DNA from: Eledone cirrhosa
Lineage: Eukaryota
Direction: 5' to 3'
Assembly (NCBI GenBank): GCA_964016885.1
Contig: OZ024742.1
Span: forward strand, 275,404,001 to 275,468,000
DNA: 64,000 nucleotides
Shown here: in pieces, positions 57,101 through 64,000 of the stretch
How the letters are laid out: each line of letters begins with the position of its first letter
How positions within the stretch are numbered: position 1 is the first letter of the stretch
Position numbers and translations under genes: made by a program
Notes under the pieces: model-generated
What the model saw: only the letters and a program-made list of their open reading frames with translations
Told to the model about the DNA's origin: nothing
Databases searched by the model: none

Positions 57101-58436
57101 CTTCTACTAGCAAACAATAAAATGATTGGTTATATTAGTATAGCTGTTGCTTCTTCAGGAATAGCAGCAACTTTAATACATAATGGAAAAACAGTACATT
57201 CAATGTTTAAATTACCATTTTCATCATCAATACAAGGAAAAATAGTCGAATTTGAATAACCTTAGAAAATTGTAATTTATTATGAAGGGATGAATTTACA
57301 ATGTCACACAAAACGTTTTTAGAGGCTGTTGATAAAATATTGAAAGAGATTAAAAAGAATAAGTTACCTTTTGGTGGTATTACTGTTTTACTAGCTGGTA
57401 ATTTTAGACAAATACTTCTAGTAGTACCAAGAGGTACAAAAGCTGATGAAATAGATGCATCTATCAAGGCATCCCATTTATGGTCATTATTCCACAAATT
57501 GTCGTTAAGTATTAATATGAGAGTGCATATCCTAAAAAAATAATAACTTACAGGTCTTTGCAAGTAAACCATTAGAAATAGGAGAAAAACGGATCCCAAG
57601 TGATTGCAATCACTGGCCGTGTCGCTAGAGGGTCGGACGCCATGCTTTCCAGCATAGTTACGTCCCTTTACGGTCTGAGTTCAAATCCCGTAGAGGTCAA
57701 CTTTGCCTTTCATCCTTACGGGATCGATAAAATAAAGTATCAGTATGTACCGGGTAATTGCTGGTCTTGTGCCAAAAGTAGAAACAATTATTACCTGTGG
57801 GAAATAGAGTTGAGAATGAAATTGATTTAGAAGCATTTATTTTTTAGGACATTGCAATTAATTAACACTAATACAGAATGGATGTCAGGCAGAATAATTT
57901 TAGCTGCTAAAACTGATAAAGTTGATGCTATTAATATGCGATTACTTAACAAGTAGAACAACATAGATTAAGAACCTAAAACTCTATAGCTCAAGTAGTG
58001 GATACAAATGAAACAGTAGATTTTCCGGTCGAGTTCTTAAATTCATTAGAATTGAATTTGAAGAAGGGAGCTCCAACTATACTTTTGAGAAATTTACAAA
58101 TTCAAAAGTTAAGCAACGGAACGAGGTTAATAGTGGAATCTCTTACAAATAATGTAATTGAAGCAAAAATATCAATTGAAAGTACAAACATGATTATTAC
58201 CAAGAATTAAATCTCTTGCAGAAGAGCCAGTGAGGTTTACAAGATTACAATTTCCAAATAAACTATATTTTGCTATGACAATAAATAAATCACAAGGTCA
58301 AACATTTAAAAAAGTTGAGTATTTTTTATAGACAACTATATGTATACCTTTTAAGATTGGGAGATCCTAATAATATTTATTATTACACAAAAAATGAAAA
58401 AGTTAAAAACATAGTTTATGTTGAAGTTCTTTAGAC
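54130..58436 (+). pseudogene. Helitron Rep/Pif1 helicase, heavily decayed
   Basis: CCSNGKV, PAGEHARRYN, YDPLQY, ILPSTFVGSP, DLFITFTCNPKW, KRGLPHx[42 protein letters not shown]. Confidence 0.93.
57606..57792 (+). mobile_element. Nin-domain SINE inserted in the Helitron helicase
   Basis: Family core sequence interrupting the helicase motifs. Confidence 0.88.
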
Positions 58437-59024
58437 ATAAAAAAAGTAAAACCAAAACTGAAAAAAGAAGCAATAATTAACTGGACGGTTTAAAATGAAA
58501 CATTATACTAGTTACTGGTAACATTTTACTGGTGACATTTTATCAATATTATGTTTTATTGAATATAATATTCTGAAGCAAGGTTACTTGATATATCAAT
58601 ATAAATTCTTATATACATTATTTATATTTCAGCAGCAAGGAATTTTTTTACTATGATTCATTCCATAATTTCAGCAATGATTTTTATTTTTTCAATTGTT
58701 TTTTATTCTTTTGGCAATCACAATAATCGATTTCAACTTCTTGAATTCTTTTCGATATTCTGAACTGTAAGCATTCTCCAAAGGAGAATCAATTGGATTT
58801 GTCTATTAATGTAATAAGCAATGATACAAGGAAAATGCCCCAGCTAGGTTATTGTTAAATTATTTATATTTTTTCATTTTAATTGTCATTTGCATTATTT
58901 ATATTTGAGCGTCAAGGACATTTTTTATTATAGTTCATTTCATAATTTTAACATTTCTTTTTACAATGTTTACATTATTTTTGGAATCAGATCAACATGC
59001 GTGTAAATATTTATACACACACAC

Positions 59025-59094
<70 letters not shown>

Positions 59095-60072
59095 ACAGAG
59101 AGAAGGGTTATAATATGTAGAAAGGGAGCGATGACGTGGTAACGTAGCAAACAAGAGATAGATAGAGGGATGATGAGTGAGTTGTAGAAAGAGATAAGAT
59201 AGACTTAGAACTATAACGTTGCAGTCATTATACCATGTGTGTGTGTGTGTGTGTGTGTTCATTTGTTAGAGTGACTGCAGTTGGCCCTTTATCTATCTGT
59301 CTGTGTGTCTGTCTGTCGTACACGCAAGGTCCATGTTGTGATAACCTGTCTTGTTAGATATGAATAAACCTTAGCTTGTACGACACACACACATTGATTT
59401 GTACCTCTATGTATAATTCTTTCTATATCTATCTCTCTACCTACCTCGATATCTATAAATCTCTCTATCTCTCTATCTATCTATCTATCTATTTATCTAT
59501 CTATTTATCTATCTATGTCAAGGGATTTGTTTTATTATTGTTCATTAATAATTTGACAATTGTTTGTATTTCTTCCCACCCCCATTATTGAGGCAACCAC
59601 AATAATCGATTTCAACTTCATGAATTCATTTTCATATTTTGAACAGTAAGCCAACTACAGAAAGTTTTCTCCAAATGAGAATGAACTGGATTTGTCTAGT
59701 AACAAAATTATATCGCAAAATGATTAATTCAAATATTAAAGAATTATTTTAATTTGTATATTAAATGTAACAAATCGAAAAGCTAATGAGCAGAACACAG
59801 ATAAAATCAAGCCCAATATCAAAAGAAAAACTTAATTCAAAACTTTTGAACGCAACACACCCAACTTCCCTCGTTGTTATGGCGTTGCTAAAATTGAAAA
59901 CAGAAACAGTAGCAACACCAACAAAACTAGTGACAGATGTTACTGTCCTTGGGGAAAAGGGAAAAAAAAAATGTCATGCACATTGAAACATTACAATGAC
60001 ACCAACCCACCCCAACAATACCGCCACAACCACTACTACCACTGAAAAGTTAAAATGATAATGATGTTAATG

Positions 60073-60775
60073 GTTGTTTCTACTTTTGGCACAGGGCCAG
60101 TGATGCCCCCAGTGAATTGCTGGTGCTTCGTATTCTCGTCCCCGTAGAAATGAAATGAAGTGAACCTCAGCGTGATTTGAACTCAGGCTGTAAAGAGACG
60201 TAACTCTATGCTCTAAATAATGGCGTCCGATCCACTACGGATACGGCCAATCCACCGTAAAATAATTGTTTCCACTTTTGGCACAAGACCAATAATTATC
60301 CCAGTGCATTACTGGTACTTTATTTTATCGACCCTGTAAGGATGAGAGGCAAAGTTAACCTTGGCGGGATTTGAACTCAGGTCATAAAGGGCCGTAACTC
60401 TTTGCTGCTAAGCATGGCGTCCGACCCTTTACCGATACTGCCAATCCACCGTAAAATAATTGTTTCTACTTTTGGCACAAGGCCAGCAATAACCCAGTAC
60501 ATTACTGGTACTTTATTTTATCGACCCCGTAAGGCATAGTTAACCTCGAAGGGATTTGAACTCAGACCGTAAAGGGACAAATAATTGTTTCTACTTTTGG
60601 CACAAGGCCAGCAATTACCCAGTGCATTACTGGTACTTTATTTTATCGACCCCGTAAGGAAGAAAGGCAAAGTTAACCTCGGCGGGATTTGAACTCGGAA
60701 TGGCAAGAGCCGTAACTCTACGTAAAAGCATGGTGTCCGACCCTCTACCGATACTGCCAATCCACTGCTAAATAA
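60073..60775 (-). mobile_element. Array of four Nin-domain SINEs
   Basis: Four head-to-tail units, each ending in AGTAGAAACAATTATT-like sequence on the minus strand. Confidence 0.9.
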
Positions 60776-60959
60776 TAATAGATAAATCTCACATAAATTC
60801 TCCGATACTCATTTTTTTCTTTACTTTAACGTGATGGTTTCACACTAAAATACTGGTGTTGGTGCAACATTAAATTCACTAATCCACGACATGTGTGTGT
60901 AAATGTAAAACCTAAAAATTTCGAATAAGGGTAATTTCACATTCATGTGAAAAACTCTC

Positions 60960-63240
60960 ATCCAGTAAGTTCTCCCTAGCCCAACGGCAGGGAGTTGGCT
61001 GTCATCCAAATATTGCTGGCATTGGAGTGTGATCCCATTGAAAAAGGCTATAGGAAACGGATGCATAAAATCTGGAATGAGGTTGGTCTATTTGAAATTA
61101 GGAGAACAAAAATTGGCCGGTCAAGCTCGTGTAATAAGAATTAATTGATGCGAGTTTGAACTGGAGGAACTGAGCAGATAAATTTATCTAGAAATGAATA
61201 ATGCAAATGAGCCAGTGGAAAATGAGGGTGAAGAGGTTGAGAGACCTGAGGAAGTAACCGAAGCAGGCAATGACCTGAATGCTGAAATAAATAACATCTG
61301 GAACAAAGAAACAGCCATTGAGGAAATGAATGCAGACGGACTAGGGCATTCGAACTTAGTGGTAGATGAAATGAACAATGATAGTGGAAAACCTATGAAC
61401 CTAAGATTAGTAGGTAGGAAAAAGTTAAAAGAAACGGCAGCTATGGTAAACTGGGTCATCCCGTAGCTTGAGGCAAGGTACCTTCACCAATGCAACAACA
61501 TCAACCAAGCAACCGCAATGTCCGTAATGTCGCAAGTCCGTAATGTCGGAACTGCTAATAAGCATTGTGTCTGAGGAAATCTATTATCCCATTATAATCA
61601 ATTTATTGCCGAACGAACAGAAAGGATACCGAAAGAAGTAGCGTGGTACAAATGACCAGTTACTTAATGATGAGATGGTAAAAAGTAATTGTAAGAGGAG
61701 GCATATTGGTCTTGCAATGGGATGGATAGATTACAAGAAGGCATTCGACATGGTTCCTCAATTTGGGATAAACAAAAGCCTAGAGATCTTCATGGACATC
61801 ATACAGGTATTAAGTAAAATATGAAGTCCTGGGAAACAGCGCTAATATCAGGTGGAGAATCCGTGGTAGGTAGCTTTCTGGGAGATAGTTTGTCCATTTT
61901 GTGGTTTATCGTTGTCCCTCATATTGCGAAAATAGAAAGCAGGATAAAAGCTGGGAAGAGGAGAGCTTATCATCAACCACCTCCTCTTTATGGACGATCG
62001 AAAAATCTTTGGGAAAAGCGAGATGGAGGTGGGTGTACTTCTTAACACTGTCCGTATTTTCTTCAATGAGATATGTATGGAATTTGGGGTTAATAAGTGT
62101 GGAGTGCTAGTGATGAAGAAGAGTAAATTCAATAGAAGCAACGGAATCCATGTGCCAACGGGTGAGATAATAAAGGAAATCGACACTGAAGAGGGATACA
62201 AATATTTGGGTGTTAGGAAGACAATTGACATAAAGAACAATAAAATGAAGGAATTGATAAGATCTGAATACATAAGGAGAGTAAGGAACATATTAAAATC
62301 ACATCTAAATAGTCATAAGTGCAGCAAAATTCCCGAGCTGTGTCTATTATTAGGTATGGTGCGGGAATTCTGAAATGGAATGTTACTGAACAAGAAGAAA
62401 TGGATACAAAGACCAGGAAACTAATGACTACCTACAGCAGGTTCCACAAGTGGAGTAATGTAAGGAGATCTGATCGTGGAATAGGTCTTGTCAGCATAGA
62501 GGATCGTGTTCAGATGAAGAAAATCAGTCTGCACAAATATCTGTCCGAGAGTAGGGAACCAATGCTAAAAAAATAGAGTTGTACTGATGGAGAAGACAAT
62601 AGACCAGGGGATGTCCAAGGAGGAAATAACAACATAGAGGATAAGCAACCTTAATGAAAAAATACCTTCATAGCACCTTTTTTAAGAAAACGTAATTCGG
62701 AGATCCACAGACATGTAGCTGGTAAAAAAGAGAACTTAAAAGTCTGCAGAAGGAATGCTAATGGTTGCACAAGAGCAAGCCATCGAGACTGTGGCTCACA
62801 TCGTATAAATGCTGGAGTCATGATATTGTAGGAAAGGTGATTCACTGGAATTTATGGAAAATAAATAATTTACCATATCCTTAGAAGTGGTATGAGTATA
62901 AGCCAGAGTCGGTGATAGAAAAAGATCAAATAAAGGTTCTATGGGATTTCAGGATACAGACAGATAAGAAATTAGAACAGAAAGGTCTGACCTGGTGGTT
63001 TTTGACAAGGAAGAAGATCGTGCCTGATTGGAGATGTAGCCTGTCCCTTTAGCAAAAGGGTGCAAGAAAAGGAGAAGAAAATTAATCGATACCAGGATTT
63101 AAATTTGGAATTTAAAAGTATTTGGGACTGTCAGGAGATCATATTCATCCCAATCGTCATAGGAGCACTGTTGGGAAAAGCAAGAACCCTCCGATATTTC
63201 CTGAATATCTGAGGCTGAAGGTAGCGGCTTGATGTTCTTT
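60960..63240 (+). mobile_element. R4/Dong element (same family as 18324-19733), decayed with internal deletions
   Basis: MNNDSGKPMNLR, WIDYKKAFDMVP, GDSLS, FMDD, GYKYLG, LWDFRIQTD, DVACP, KYQDL-like, PIVIGAL. Confidence 0.85.
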
Positions 63241-63265
63241 GGAACAAACGTTCCAGTTAAATAAC

Positions 63266-63386
63266 TGTTTCTACTTTTTTTTATCGACCCTGGTACTTTA
63301 TTTTATCGACCCCGTAAGGATGAAAGGCAAAGTTAACCTCGGCGGGATTTGAACTCAGACCGTAAAGGGACGTAACTATGCTGGAA
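63266..63386 (-). mobile_element. Nin-domain SINE with 11-bp TSD
   Basis: AGTTAAATAAC at 63255-63265 and 63387-63397. Confidence 0.85.
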
Positions 63387-63439
63387 AGTTAAATAACATC
63401 AATAAATGAGACTCCAAAAATAACTATAACAATAATTAT

Positions 63440-63590
63440 AATCAAATAAGATCTACAGAGATCGGGCTACTAGGAACAGCACACATTCTGAGACGAGTTA
63501 TATGTCTACAATGAAAACATCTTTAGCCCTAGGTTCAAGGCCTGAACACAACAATAGAGAAACAGAACTGACTTAAGCGAAATGGCACAA
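63440..63590 (+). mobile_element. R4/Dong-like extreme 3' end (third family)
   Basis: LQRSGLLGTAHILRRV-like terminus followed by a short UTR and TAA repeats. Confidence 0.55.
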
Positions 63591-63605
63591 TAATACTAAT
63601 AATAA

Positions 63606-63785
63606 TGTTTCTACTTTTGGCAGAAGGCCAGCAAATATCCCAGTACATTACTGCTTCTTTATTTTATAGACCCCATAAGGATCAAAGGCAAAGTTATCTT
63701 CGGTGGATTTGAACTTAGAACGTAAATATCCACAACTCAATGCTGCAAAGTATGGTAGGCTCTACCGATACTGCCAAATCAATAA
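63606..63785 (-). mobile_element. Nin-domain SINE (diverged)
   Basis: Family core sequence. Confidence 0.8.
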
Positions 63786-63799
63786 TAATAATAATTATA

Positions 63800-64000
63800 A
63801 TAATGCTTTCTTTATTAACCACAAGGGTTTACACAAAGCAAGACATTAAGGACAATACAGGACAATGCAGCACAGTACAGATGGGCATTTCTGCGTGTAA
63901 AAGAAAACAAATACAGAGGATGTATCAAAAAAGAAACATTGAAAAAATTCCCCAATAGGGGGGAGACTTCCGAGGGACATTCGTGAAGAAAGCCCATTAA
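63800..64000 (-). mobile_element. Probable LINE 3' UTR ending AATAAA plus (ATT)n
   Basis: Minus strand ends GTTAATAAAGAAAGCATTATAATAATTATT; shares CCCTCGGxAGTCTCC with 33418-33434. Confidence 0.45.

Overview
Eukaryotic, AT-rich, microsatellite-saturated DNA that is almost entirely transposable elements. The Nin-domain and other tRNA-derived SINEs suggest an octopus or other cephalopod (inference). No host gene could be supported, and most listed ORFs are microsatellite artefacts. Recognised elements: an apparently intact RTE LINE running off the left edge; a near full-length R4/Dong element inserted in (TACA)n; further R4/Dong, CRE, RTE, Ingi-like and L1/Tx1-like fragments; several Penelope-like elements (PLEs, both Naiad-type and CCHH GIY-YIG type); a hATm transposase relic; a 4-kb hAT element with an 8-bp TSD; and a decayed Helitron. 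The most striking unexplained structure is a set of coding and non-coding fold-back elements in (TA)n tracts, built as inverted arm / spacer / arm / short unique tail. These and related PLE ends carry type I hammerhead ribozyme motifs from about seven unrelated families. All alignments and RNA folds were done by eye, so boundaries are approximate.
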